A stretch of 64,000 bases of DNA. It comes from Candidatus Nomurabacteria bacterium. Lineage in GTDB: Bacteria > Patescibacteriota > Saccharimonadia > Saccharimonadales > CAIOMD01. The stretch covers positions 8,446 through 72,445 of the forward strand of contig JACKGO010000008.1 of the NCBI GenBank assembly GCA_020631975.1, written 5' to 3'. Below the pieces are notes generated by a model. The model saw only the letters and a program-made list of their open reading frames with translations. It was not told the DNA's origin and searched no databases. The translations under genes were made by a program, and so were the position numbers. Of this stretch, positions 43,182 through 52,265 are shown piece after piece. Numbering within the stretch: position 1 is the stretch's first letter; every line of letters begins with the position of its first letter.

Positions 43182-44684
43182 TTATATACTGTTTAAGAAA
43201 TCTTGAGCGCGATAGTGAATTATACGGCGGCGATCTTCGTTTAAGCGGTGCAAATTTTTAACCATCATGCTGGTGCGCGGGTTCTTAGCTAACATATCTT
43301 GATGCCTTTCTACAAAACCCCAAAACAAGCCGTCCCAAACATCACACCAATCTTCTTTAGGGTAGTGGCTCATACTTAAAATATAATTGCTACCAGATAT
43401 ATAAGGTTTAGTAACCATGCTACCAAGATCACTAAATTGACTCATACCGTACACGTTAGGTACCATGACCCAGTCGTAGGCATCTATAAACAGGCTAAAA
43501 AACCACTTGTACACTTCATCTGGGTGAATTTCGCAAAGCAACATAATATTACCCATTACCATTAGGCGTTCAATATGGTGCCCATAGGCGTGGTTTTGTA
43601 CCTTGGTTATAACATCGTCTACCGGTGGTAAACCCGTGGTACCATCCCACCACTGCGTGCTTAGCTGTCGGTTTTGCCCCAGGCCGTTAGTTTTACGCAT
43701 TTTGCTACCTTGCACAGCATATATACCGCGAATATATTCACGCCAACCTATAATTTGCCGTATAAATCCTTCTAGACTGGGTAGATCAACCGGAGATTTT
43801 TCATGTTGCGCCAGCACGGCATCAACAACTTCCCCAGGGGTCAGTAAGCCGCAGTTAAGTGGCGCCGAAATCCCACTGTGATAGAGCAACATTGCTTGGC
43901 CATCAATTGCGTCTTCGTACGGACCAAATAATTCTAGGCGGTGCTGCAGAAAATCATCAAGCCACTGCTCTGCTTCTGCATGACTAGTTGGCCATATAAA
44001 GTTTGTAACGTCACCTGGGTTATCTGGAAATCGTTTTTCTACCCACAAAGCCGCTTCTTTTACGTATTCGTTATCGCCAAAGCTGACAAAGCCCGGCACT
44101 TGGATATCTTGGGGCAATTTTTTACGGTTATCGGTATCATAACTCCACTTTCCCCCTACCGGCTTGTATTTTTTATCTATCAGGATGTTAAAACGTTCGC
44201 GTTGCCACTGATAAAATGGGGCAAAAGAATGATTTGACTTATTAGTAAAGAAATCTTCTACTTCGCCCCTTCTGAGCATGAACATTGGCGTAGGCAAAAC
44301 CCGCAGTTCAAACGGTGACACTATGTTTGTAGATAGCGCATCTTGGAGACGCTTTTCTAAGCGGCTATCGCTAGGGTCAAACATATAGACAAGGCTAGCC
44401 CCAGCTTTTTGGGCGTGTGAAAGTACTTCGCCTGAACTTACGACATCGGCAAGTTCTATGTATTCTACGTCTATTTCGTGTGCCCACAATTGCTCTTCTG
44501 TGTACCTGCGCATGCTTGCACGGTGCAATACTAACTTTTGCTTATGAAACGCCACAGGGTATTCTTGGTCTGTACCAAAAAACAGTGGATCTTCTATAAC
44601 ATATATGATATCTACTTTTGGTAAATGCTCAGTGGCAAATAGTTGATGTGGATACAATAACAAAGCTGATTCTATTTTTTTCAT
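43182..44684 (-). CDS. cryptochrome/photolyase-family protein (photolyase-related, COG3046-like)
   Basis: 500-aa ORF whose N-terminal LLYPHQLF...YVIEDPLFF and C-terminal GWREYIRG, HIERLMVMGN and ISGSNYI patterns are typical of the family. Confidence 0.7.
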   Translation of the reverse strand: MKKIESALLLYPHQLFATEHLPKVDIIYVIEDPLFFGTDQEYPVAFHKQKLVLHRASMRRYTEEQLWAHEIDVEYIELADVVSSGEVLSHAQKAGASLVYMFDPSDSRLEKRLQDALSTNIVSPFELRVLPTPMFMLRRGEVEDFFTNKSNHSFAPFYQWQRERFNILIDKKYKPVGGKWSYDTDNRKKLPQDIQVPGFVSFGDNEYVKEAALWVEKRFPDNPGDVTNFIWPTSHAEAEQWLDDFLQHRLELFGPYEDAIDGQAMLLYHSGISAPLNCGLLTPGEVVDAVLAQHEKSPVDLPSLEGFIRQIIGWREYIRGIYAVQGSKMRKTNGLGQNRQLSTQWWDGTTGLPPVDDVITKVQNHAYGHHIERLMVMGNIMLLCEIHPDEVYKWFFSLFIDAYDWVMVPNVYGMSQFSDLGSMVTKPYISGSNYILSMSHYPKEDWCDVWDGLFWGFVERHQDMLAKNPRTSMMVKNLHRLNEDRRRIIHYRAQDFLNSI

Positions 44685-44756
44685 ACGCTCATTCTTTTTA
44701 TGCTTTTATATACACAGTATAGTAGTTTTGCCGCTACTAACAAATTAAATCACTGT

Positions 44757-46094
44757 TTATGTAGCCTTAGATATTGCTAGCTCGGCCAACTGAAGCTGCC
44801 AATTAATTTCGGGGGGAACGTGATCACTCTCTTTAAGGTAGTCTGCATACCGGCGAATAGCCGCCACGCGCTCTTGATTGATATCATATTGTAGCTTTGC
44901 TTCATGAACATTGACGTCCATTATTTCAGACATCAATGCACCACGAACGTACATACCATTTTCTACTTGTTCTAGGTACACCGCTCTTGGATCGGCATCT
45001 ACTTCGTCTTCAATTTCACCTGCAATTGGCATAGGGTGTAAGACTTTTGCTTCATCTTTCATAGTAGCCATAAGTTCAGGCGTTAGCACATATATATTGT
45101 CATTAAACCCATTGCCATTCTTTAGTACTTTTACTTCTGGCAATGTGCCATTTATTGCATACAGCAAAAACCGTGCCATGTCTCGCTCTGATTCACTAGA
45201 TGAATGCTTGATAGTTCCAAATAACCGCTCCAGTGCAGCATCAAAATCTGTACCCAATGCTTCTTTCTGCAGCGCACTACCATGATTGATGATTTTATTA
45301 ACTTTTTTTACTACTTGTTTTTCTACCGGCAAATGAGTGTCACTTTCTAGCCGCTCACGCTGCAAACGCACCATATACAAAGCATCTGTTTCTGGTAAAA
45401 CCGCTTCTAGGCCAACGTGAAGCACAACTTCTATACCCTTGGAAGTTACTAAATCAATGTACTGTTGGGGCATTTGATATTCTGGAGGCGCAACTAAATT
45501 AACCCGGCGTGGCTTATACAGGGCCAAGAGCTGCATGAGTGAATGCGTGGTACGGCCATGTAATAAGTCACCTGCAATTGTAATTACCTTGTCATCTATG
45601 CCACCAAGTTCGCGTTCTAAAGTATAGCCATCAAGCAGGGCTTGTGTAGGATGCTCACCAACGCCATCGCCTGCGTTCATGACAGGCTTGTCTAGCGCCA
45701 GTGCCGCCAATGCGGCTGCGCCAACTTGACCATGACGCAGCACCACCATTTCTGAAAAAGCCTCTAGGGTTTGAACAGTGTGTTTTAATGATTCTCCTTT
45801 AACGACAGAAGAAAAACTTACATTATTTATAGTGTCTACGCCACCACCCAACCTACGCCATGCAGCGGCATGTGATGATGATGTCCTAGTTGAAGGCTCG
45901 TAATACACGTTAGCAAGTTGGTATTGATTGTTAAGTAATGAGATAGGCAATTTTTCTTCACGTATTACGCGCAACACATCAGCTGCAGAATATACTATTT
46001 CTAGGTCGCTTCTGCTAACTTGTTGAATAGATATAAAATCTTTACCAGCAAAATCTCCGTTAATTGGTTCGCCTTTATACATTGTTTCTGCCAC
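44757..46094 (-). CDS. pyrB: aspartate carbamoyltransferase-like protein with an internal insertion and a C-terminal extension
   Basis: Motifs EPSTRTS, HPTQALLD, LHGRTTHS and LHPMP are present. At 445 aa it is much longer than a canonical catalytic chain. GTG start 7 nt after AAAGGA. Confidence 0.65.
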   Translation of the reverse strand: MAETMYKGEPINGDFAGKDFISIQQVSRSDLEIVYSAADVLRVIREEKLPISLLNNQYQLANVYYEPSTRTSSSHAAAWRRLGGGVDTINNVSFSSVVKGESLKHTVQTLEAFSEMVVLRHGQVGAAALAALALDKPVMNAGDGVGEHPTQALLDGYTLERELGGIDDKVITIAGDLLHGRTTHSLMQLLALYKPRRVNLVAPPEYQMPQQYIDLVTSKGIEVVLHVGLEAVLPETDALYMVRLQRERLESDTHLPVEKQVVKKVNKIINHGSALQKEALGTDFDAALERLFGTIKHSSSESERDMARFLLYAINGTLPEVKVLKNGNGFNDNIYVLTPELMATMKDEAKVLHPMPIAGEIEDEVDADPRAVYLEQVENGMYVRGALMSEIMDVNVHEAKLQYDINQERVAAIRRYADYLKESDHVPPEINWQLQLAELAISKAT

Positions 46095-46121
46095 TACTTA
46101 ATCCTTTCTTGTTATACATAT

Positions 46122-46144
46122 AAAAAAAAGCCGCCATTGGCGAC
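46122..46144 (-). terminator. Rho-independent terminator or attenuator in the pyrB-like leader
   Basis: Minus strand: GUCGCC-AAU-GGCGGC followed by U8. It lies about 30 nt upstream of the GTG start. Confidence 0.55.
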
Positions 46145-46235
46145 TCTATATTTGCGTAAATTTAGTTTTGCAAAACATTTTCATACTACACTATAGGTAA
46201 TCATATAGTTTAGGTACGTGTCAATTCAGAGCCAA

Positions 46236-46308
46236 GAGAAAGTCCCGCGGGGTTTGTAGCCACACGCGGGACGATTTAGGTGGTTTGAATCGGCCCACCT
46301 AGAAAGCC
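46236..46308 (-). terminator. Repeat C copy 2: 3' module and terminator of cassette 2
   Basis: The same double hairpin as 39303..39374. It begins about 10 nt after the stop of 46320..46583. Confidence 0.6.
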
Positions 46309-46319
46309 TTTTTGCAACG

Positions 46320-46583
46320 CTACTCACGCCACGCATCGAAAATGGTGCTCACCCAGAACAATATGCCCGGGATCAAGGCAAGAGCAAGGCTCCCACTCAC
46401 CAACAGGGGGTACGTTCCTGCTGTCGCAAGAACGGACACCACACACGTTGTCATGCCCAAACAGAACATGACTAGGCTCACCAGCAGCGGGAACTTGTCG
46501 TCCCCCATGCTGTAGATACCAAGATAGCACGAAGTCAGCCCCAAGATAGGACCAACTATTGCTACGATTGCTGCATAGTCCAT
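46320..46583 (-). CDS. small polytopic membrane protein (cassette 2)
   Basis: The ATG at 46583 lies 5 nt after GAGAGGUGG. The 87-aa product has about three TM helices. Confidence 0.5.
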   Translation of the reverse strand: MDYAAIVAIVGPILGLTSCYLGIYSMGDDKFPLLVSLVMFCLGMTTCVVSVLATAGTYPLLVSGSLALALIPGILFWVSTIFDAWRE

Positions 46584-46651
46584 TTTTACCACCTCTCGTC
46601 GTGGTAGTAGTGGTTGTTCCGGACTATCCGGCCACTATAATAGACATATAT

Positions 46652-46680
46652 ATTATAGCACTTTATTATTGTTTTGTAAA
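46652..46680 (-). promoter_or_regulatory. promoter of cassette 2
   Basis: Minus strand: TTTACA - 17 nt - (TGc)TATAAT, immediately after the argS stop. Confidence 0.55.
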
Positions 46681-46682
46681 TA

Positions 46683-48362
46683 CTACATTTTATTGGGGGC
46701 GGTTATGCCTAGGATTTCAAGGCCAGTTTTTAGCGTGTTGGCATATTGCTGAACTAATGTTCGCCTAATTGCTTGGCGCGGATCGCCAACCACTTTGCTG
46801 TTTTCGTAAAAACGGTTAAACACTTGGGCAAGTTCGTATAAATAGCTACATATATGGTGCGGCATGAGATCGTTGGCTGCTTTGTTGATAGTCTCTGCGT
46901 AATCTGATAGTTTAACCGCTAGGGCACGCTCATGAGTGTCTAAAGTGTCAACGACTACTTTTGAATCGCTGCTGGTTGGTATTTTGGCCAATATACTCCG
47001 CGCTCTTGCATGAGCGTATTGCAAATACGGCCCACTGTTGCCATTAAGACTAATAGACTCTTCTGGATCGTAGGATATATCACCGCCTATTCGCTGTTTT
47101 AAAAATGCATATTTAATTGCGCCAATTGCTACAGCTTCGTCATCTTTGCCAGAACTTTCTTTATTTGCTTGCGTGGCAGAATTTATAATATCTGCGGCCA
47201 TAAGCACATTACCCGTGCGACTACTCATTTTACGCCCGCCACTGAGTTTTATCATGCCATGCGTAAGGTGCGTTGTACGTTGTTCTACTTCTGGGTAAAA
47301 GTGCGCGATAGCGCTAAACAACACTTTCATATATTCTGTAATGTCGTTGGCTGTAATGACAAGGCTTTTATCAAACTGATATTTTTGCCACTTATAGACT
47401 GCTAAACCTAGCTCTTTTGCTTCGTACGTTGGCAGGCCTTTAGAGGTAATAAATACCCGTGTATGAAGGCCAGATTTTTTTTCGCTGTAAATAATTGCAC
47501 CATCTGATGTTTCGAACACATTTTTTGCAAGGCCTTCTTCTACAATTTGTTTACCAAGTGGTGTCACGGTACTTTCTGGTATAAATTCATCAAACGCATG
47601 AACCTGCAATTCTTTGTACATTTTCTTAAAGCCATCATAGCTCCAATTTCTGGTTATCCAGTATATTTGTGCAAAATCAGATTCATGATCGTTTTGTTCG
47701 TGGATTGCATACACTTTTTGGTTGATTTCAGCAATTGCTTGCTTGTGTTGTTCGCTCGATTCATATGCCGTATTACCAGCAACGTAACATTGGCTTACCC
47801 ACGAAGGGCGATCGGATTCTGGAATATCTTGTAGCTTATTGGGGAACTCACCACCAAGCGTATCAATAATACCCCACATTGCCTTGGCAGCATGCAACCC
47901 CACGTCACCACCATAATTAAGCCGATACACGCGCCCACCTACGGCTTCTAGTATGTTAGCTACCGCGTTACCCACGAGCGTAGTATACAAGTGCCCAGCA
48001 TGAAGTGCCTTAAAAGCGTTTGGGTCTGAATATTCGGCTATAACTACCTTATCTGCCAGTACCTTGTCTGGTACTGGATTAATATTTTTAAATATAAAGT
48101 CGTCACTTAAAAAAGCATTAATAAAACCAGGCCCTGCCACAGACAAACTCGTCAGCCACGGATAGTTTTTAGAAGTAATATCAGCAACCAGCGCATCGGC
48201 TATGTGCCTTGGTGGCTGTTTAAGTTGTTTGGCAAGTTGCATCGCTGTATTGGTTGCGTAATCGCCAAATTGGGTATCAGGTCTCGTAAGATCTACGTTT
48301 GTAATATCTATACCATATAAATGTTTAACACTAGTTTGGATGGCTTGTGTAAGCTGCTTCAT
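46683..48362 (-). CDS. argS: arginine--tRNA ligase
   Basis: 559-aa ORF with the HIGH-type motif HAGHLYTT, the class I fold, the C-terminal anticodon-binding DALR region and the typical terminal Met. Confidence 0.93.
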   Translation of the reverse strand: MKQLTQAIQTSVKHLYGIDITNVDLTRPDTQFGDYATNTAMQLAKQLKQPPRHIADALVADITSKNYPWLTSLSVAGPGFINAFLSDDFIFKNINPVPDKVLADKVVIAEYSDPNAFKALHAGHLYTTLVGNAVANILEAVGGRVYRLNYGGDVGLHAAKAMWGIIDTLGGEFPNKLQDIPESDRPSWVSQCYVAGNTAYESSEQHKQAIAEINQKVYAIHEQNDHESDFAQIYWITRNWSYDGFKKMYKELQVHAFDEFIPESTVTPLGKQIVEEGLAKNVFETSDGAIIYSEKKSGLHTRVFITSKGLPTYEAKELGLAVYKWQKYQFDKSLVITANDITEYMKVLFSAIAHFYPEVEQRTTHLTHGMIKLSGGRKMSSRTGNVLMAADIINSATQANKESSGKDDEAVAIGAIKYAFLKQRIGGDISYDPEESISLNGNSGPYLQYAHARARSILAKIPTSSDSKVVVDTLDTHERALAVKLSDYAETINKAANDLMPHHICSYLYELAQVFNRFYENSKVVGDPRQAIRRTLVQQYANTLKTGLEILGITAPNKM

Positions 48363-48383
48363 AACGATTGGTATTGTAACAGA

Positions 48384-49079
48384 TTACTTACTTTCTTGCT
48401 GAAGGGTGCTTGCCAGCTGGTAGAAGCGCCACACTATTAAATACAAAAATCCATAAAAGCTAAAAAATAGTAACGTTGTGCTAAAAGTAAGCAAATGATC
48501 ACTGGGGTTAACAATCCTGTCTGAAACATCAAATAGCAGACCAAACGGGTTAATAAACACGTCCCAGCTGTTCCATCGTAAATAACGACCTAAATATATT
48601 GCAAATCCACTCATTAGCAGCACGGCTACCGGAAGCCAATGCCCGTTGTTTTTAAATCTTTTTACAGCACTAACATGCACCAGTAACAGCGCAACCATCC
48701 CTAAAATTATCCCATTTATGGCGTAGCTAATAAGCAACACGATATCAAAAATACGCTGCGGGTCATCAAAATAGCCTTTTAAGTGTACGAAATCAGTGGT
48801 CAAGTAAAATGCGTTTGGTAAAAATAGTAACCAAAAAATAAAGTAAATAATATTTCTTTTTGACCACGTAAGACCACTTTGTAAAGTCTTACGGTATAGC
48901 AGCCACGCAAAGATTAAAGGTACCCATGCAAGAAGTAGGTTCCACAGTAAAAACAATAAACTTGTAGAGTGGGTAATACTAACCCGTATAAAACTTAAAT
49001 TCGCACAAAATAAGCTAAAGAGCACTAAAGCCATAAAGACACCACCATACGTGCTACGAAATATATGTGGTTGCTTCAT
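48384..49079 (-). CDS. polytopic membrane protein (DUF1361-like)
   Basis: 231-aa ORF with 5-6 TM helices. The WNLLLAWVPLIFAW pattern resembles DUF1361. Confidence 0.45.
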   Translation of the reverse strand: MKQPHIFRSTYGGVFMALVLFSLFCANLSFIRVSITHSTSLLFLLWNLLLAWVPLIFAWLLYRKTLQSGLTWSKRNIIYFIFWLLFLPNAFYLTTDFVHLKGYFDDPQRIFDIVLLISYAINGIILGMVALLLVHVSAVKRFKNNGHWLPVAVLLMSGFAIYLGRYLRWNSWDVFINPFGLLFDVSDRIVNPSDHLLTFSTTLLFFSFYGFLYLIVWRFYQLASTLQQESK

Positions 49080-49107
49080 TACAGTAATTATAAAATATTT
49101 ATAAATA

Positions 49108-49779
49108 TTAGTCGAACTTATGGAAGTATGTTGGACTATCTACTAAATGTTCGATCTTAAACTGATACTCCGTTAATACACTTTGAAGTTGCTGGTGATT
49201 TTTACCAAGTGCATTCAGTACGATGTACGGTTCTAGCACGTCAAACCCGCAAAACGCCAATGTACCATGCTGGATAGGATGGAGAATCTGCGGTATGGTC
49301 GCCTTGTGTTTACCGTCTATACGATAATAATCGTTTGGTCCGCCTGCGGTCACGCATAGCATTGCACGTTTACCCCTTAGAAGCCCGTTTTCGTAAATTT
49401 TACCACCGTCCCACGCAACACCCATAGCCAGCACACGGTCAAACCAGCCTTTTAATACTGCCGGTACACTAAACCACCACAAAGGAGTGTGAAAAATAAC
49501 TAAATCTGCTTGAGCAAGCTTTTCTATTTCTGCCACGATGTCTGGCGCAAACGACATACCTTCTAGCTGGGCATGTTTTTGTTCCAGCATATAGTTAAAG
49601 TGTTGGCCACTGGTTGTTGTGAAATCATATTTTTCTGCTTTGGCTGCAAAGCCGCTGCCATATAAATCAGATTCCAGAACTGTGTGTCCTTGGTGCGACA
49701 GCACGCTAATAGTAACGTTTTTAAGCGCAGACGTAAGTGACGTAGCCTCGTGGTGCGCATAGACAGATAATATGGTCAT
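49108..49779 (-). CDS. NAD(P)H dehydrogenase (quinone), flavodoxin-like fold
   Basis: 223-aa ORF. The patterns FHTPLWWFSVPAVLKGWFDRVL and WDGGKIYENGLLRGK are typical of the NQO/MdaB-like Flavodoxin_2 family. Confidence 0.75.
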   Translation of the reverse strand: MTILSVYAHHEATSLTSALKNVTISVLSHQGHTVLESDLYGSGFAAKAEKYDFTTTSGQHFNYMLEQKHAQLEGMSFAPDIVAEIEKLAQADLVIFHTPLWWFSVPAVLKGWFDRVLAMGVAWDGGKIYENGLLRGKRAMLCVTAGGPNDYYRIDGKHKATIPQILHPIQHGTLAFCGFDVLEPYIVLNALGKNHQQLQSVLTEYQFKIEHLVDSPTYFHKFD

Positions 49780-49831
49780 GCTTTTATGATAGCACCTTCA
49801 AACAAACTGATTAATGAATAGCTTCTGTACA

Positions 49832-49919
49832 TGGCGGAGGGAGAGGGATTCGAACCCTCGAGGGCTTGCGCCCAACACGCTTTCCAAGCGTGCGCCATAG
49901 GCCACTAGGCGACCCCTCC
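49832..49919 (-). tRNA. tRNA-Ser (anticodon GGA)
   Basis: Minus strand: GGAGGGG-UC-GCC...GGC-G-CACGC-UUGGAAA-GCGUG-long variable arm-GAGGG-UUCGAAU-CCCUC-UCCCUCC-G-CCA. It forms a full cloverleaf with an encoded CCA. Confidence 0.85.
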
Positions 49920-50047
49920 ATGATTGTTAAGTGTACTGGGTTTGAATCCCTGGGATTTCGACCCACCTTCGGCGGGCCCGCAATTTCACTATTGAAAACA
50001 AGTTTTCATCGGAAAATTGCCTTGCAAAATGCCACTGGCATTTCTCA

Positions 50048-50112
50048 CCTCGAGGGCTTGCGCTGTAGCACGCTTTCCAAGCGTGCGCCATAGGCCACTA
50101 GGCGACCCCTCC
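50048..50112 (-). pseudogene. truncated second copy of tRNA-Ser(GGA), 5' two-thirds only
   Basis: Identical acceptor 5' strand, D arm and anticodon arm, with a variant variable arm. Similarity ends at GAGG. There is no T arm or 3' acceptor strand. Confidence 0.6.
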
Positions 50113-50201
50113 GAGCGCTAAAAAACGTACTATAGTAAATTATACTCTATTCTTCTCTTGAATAAAGTTGTTTTATAGAGGTAAAATGAGCAGTACGGTT
50201 T

Positions 50202-50960
50202 ATGGCAATTATTGATTTAAAACAAGTAAGCAAAGTGTACGGGTTTGGCGACGCCACAACCATTGCTGTTGATGCCACCGATTTAAAGATAGAAAAAGGT
50301 GATTTCGTAGCCATTATGGGGCCAAGTGGCTCTGGCAAAAGTAGCCTCCTGCACATTATTGGGCTACTAGACCGGCCATCTACAGGGCAATACAAGCTCG
50401 ATAACCGTAATGTTTCGCGCTTTAGAAGTGGCAAGCGCGCCAAAACCCGGCGCGATAAAATTGGGTTTGTGTTCCAAAATTTTAACCTATTATCTAACAT
50501 GACAGCCCTAGAAAACGTTTCACTCCCCCTTGCCTACAAAGGCAAAAGTACCCTACGAAGACTAAACCAGTCTTCTGTCATGCTTGCCAAAGTAGGTTTA
50601 CAATCTAGAGAGTATTATTACCCACATCAATTAAGCGGTGGGCAAGTTCAACGTGTTGCTATTGCGCGTGCTCTCATAAATAACCCTGCCATCATCATAG
50701 CCGATGAACCAACAGGTAATCTTGATAGTGCAAGCAGTAAAGTCATTATGGAACTGCTAAAAGACATTCATAAAGGCGGTAATACCATATTAATGGTGAC
50801 CCATAACCCAGAAATAACGGTGTACGCCAACCGTGTGTTATACATGCTAGACGGTAAAATAGTGATTGATCAGCCGCTTAAAAAGGGCGAAAAAGCCAAC
50901 CTAGAAAACTTACAAAAAGTTCAACAAAAAGAAGATAATCACAAAAAGAAGGGTGCGTAA
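50202..50960 (+). CDS. ABC transporter ATP-binding protein (MacB/LolD type)
   Basis: Walker A GPSGSGKSS, signature LSGGQVQRVAIARAL and Walker B IIIADEPTGNLD. Confidence 0.9.
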   Translation: MAIIDLKQVSKVYGFGDATTIAVDATDLKIEKGDFVAIMGPSGSGKSSLLHIIGLLDRPSTGQYKLDNRNVSRFRSGKRAKTRRDKIGFVFQNFNLLSNMTALENVSLPLAYKGKSTLRRLNQSSVMLAKVGLQSREYYYPHQLSGGQVQRVAIARALINNPAIIIADEPTGNLDSASSKVIMELLKDIHKGGNTILMVTHNPEITVYANRVLYMLDGKIVIDQPLKKGEKANLENLQKVQQKEDNHKKKGA

Positions 50961-50962
50961 CA

Positions 50963-52198
50963 ATGTTTAACGCCCATCTTAAAATGGCCTTCGCTAGCCT
51001 ACGCTCAGCCAAAATTCGCAGCTTTTTAACGATGTTTGGAGTAGTAATAGGTGTGAGTAGCGTGTTAATTGCTGTGAGTGTTGGGCAAGGCGTTAAACAA
51101 CAGGTACTCAGCCAAATTACACAACTTGGTAACGACGTTGTGACGGTAATACCAGGAAAATCGTTTTCTACAGATAGCAAAGGCAATATTACTGGGTTTA
51201 ATGCATCGGCTATTCAAGGGGTGAGCACTTTACGAAACGAAGATATAGAAGCGATTAAAAAAATAGATGGCATAACATCGGTAAGTCCTGGAGTGTATAT
51301 TTCTGGAGTAGCAACCACACCAGAACGGGCTGACTACTCTGGTGCAACAATTATCGCTACCACACCAGATATAAAAGATGTGCTTGCAAGTAAACTAGAG
51401 TACGGTGAATTCTTTACAGAAAACGATGCCCAAAAAAAAGTTGTGGTGCTTGGCAGCAATGTCGCCAATGACATTTTTAACCAACGTGACCCAATAGGAA
51501 GATTAGTAACCATACGTGGTGAAGATTTTGTAGTACGTGGTGTCCTAGCACTTGCGCCAGAAAGCCCAATAAATGTAGGGTTTAATTTTAATGACACCAT
51601 TTACATGCCTATGAAAACAGGCGAAAAGTTGGTTGGCGCATCAGGCACTCCACAAATTAACCAAATTACAATTAAGCTAGCAAACGAAAAAAATGCCACA
51701 GAAATTAGCAATGCTATTAAAGAAACATTGCTTAAACAGCATAAAGGTCAGGAAGATTTTACCGTAATACAGCAAGAAGACTTTTTGCAAGCGACGGGCC
51801 AAGTATTTGGTCTGTTGACTGCGTTTGTTGCTGCCGTAGCTGGTATATCTTTGTTTGTGGGTGGTGTTGGTATTATGAACATTATGCTAGTTAGTGTAAG
51901 TGAAAGAACCCGCGAAATAGGCATCAGAAAAGCTGTTGGCGCTACCAACAGACAGGTCGTTGGACAGTTCTTGGTAGAAGCAGTTGTGTTGTCTGTTATT
52001 GGAGGTATTATTGGAATTGCTGCTTCGTTTGTTGCAGCGTATTTTATACGATTATACACCCCTATAGAACCGGCTATATCACTGCCTATTATCGCCCTCG
52101 CATTTGGGGTTTCTGTGATGGTTGGTGTGGTGTTTGGTATTGCCCCAGCCATTAAAGCTGCCACAAAAGACCCAATCCAAGCCCTCCGCCAGCTATAA
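50963..52198 (+). CDS. ABC transporter permease (MacB/FtsX family)
   Basis: 411-aa ORF with an N-terminal TM helix, a periplasmic MacB_PCD-like domain and a C-terminal FtsX module (SVSERTREIGIRKAVGAT). Confidence 0.85.
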   Translation: MFNAHLKMAFASLRSAKIRSFLTMFGVVIGVSSVLIAVSVGQGVKQQVLSQITQLGNDVVTVIPGKSFSTDSKGNITGFNASAIQGVSTLRNEDIEAIKKIDGITSVSPGVYISGVATTPERADYSGATIIATTPDIKDVLASKLEYGEFFTENDAQKKVVVLGSNVANDIFNQRDPIGRLVTIRGEDFVVRGVLALAPESPINVGFNFNDTIYMPMKTGEKLVGASGTPQINQITIKLANEKNATEISNAIKETLLKQHKGQEDFTVIQQEDFLQATGQVFGLLTAFVAAVAGISLFVGGVGIMNIMLVSVSERTREIGIRKAVGATNRQVVGQFLVEAVVLSVIGGIIGIAASFVAAYFIRLYTPIEPAISLPIIALAFGVSVMVGVVFGIAPAIKAATKDPIQALRQL

Positions 52199-52265
52199 TT
52201 ACAAGTTCTGCACTTAAAATAAGCCGTGTAATAACAATGATACTTGATGGATCAACACTGATGCC

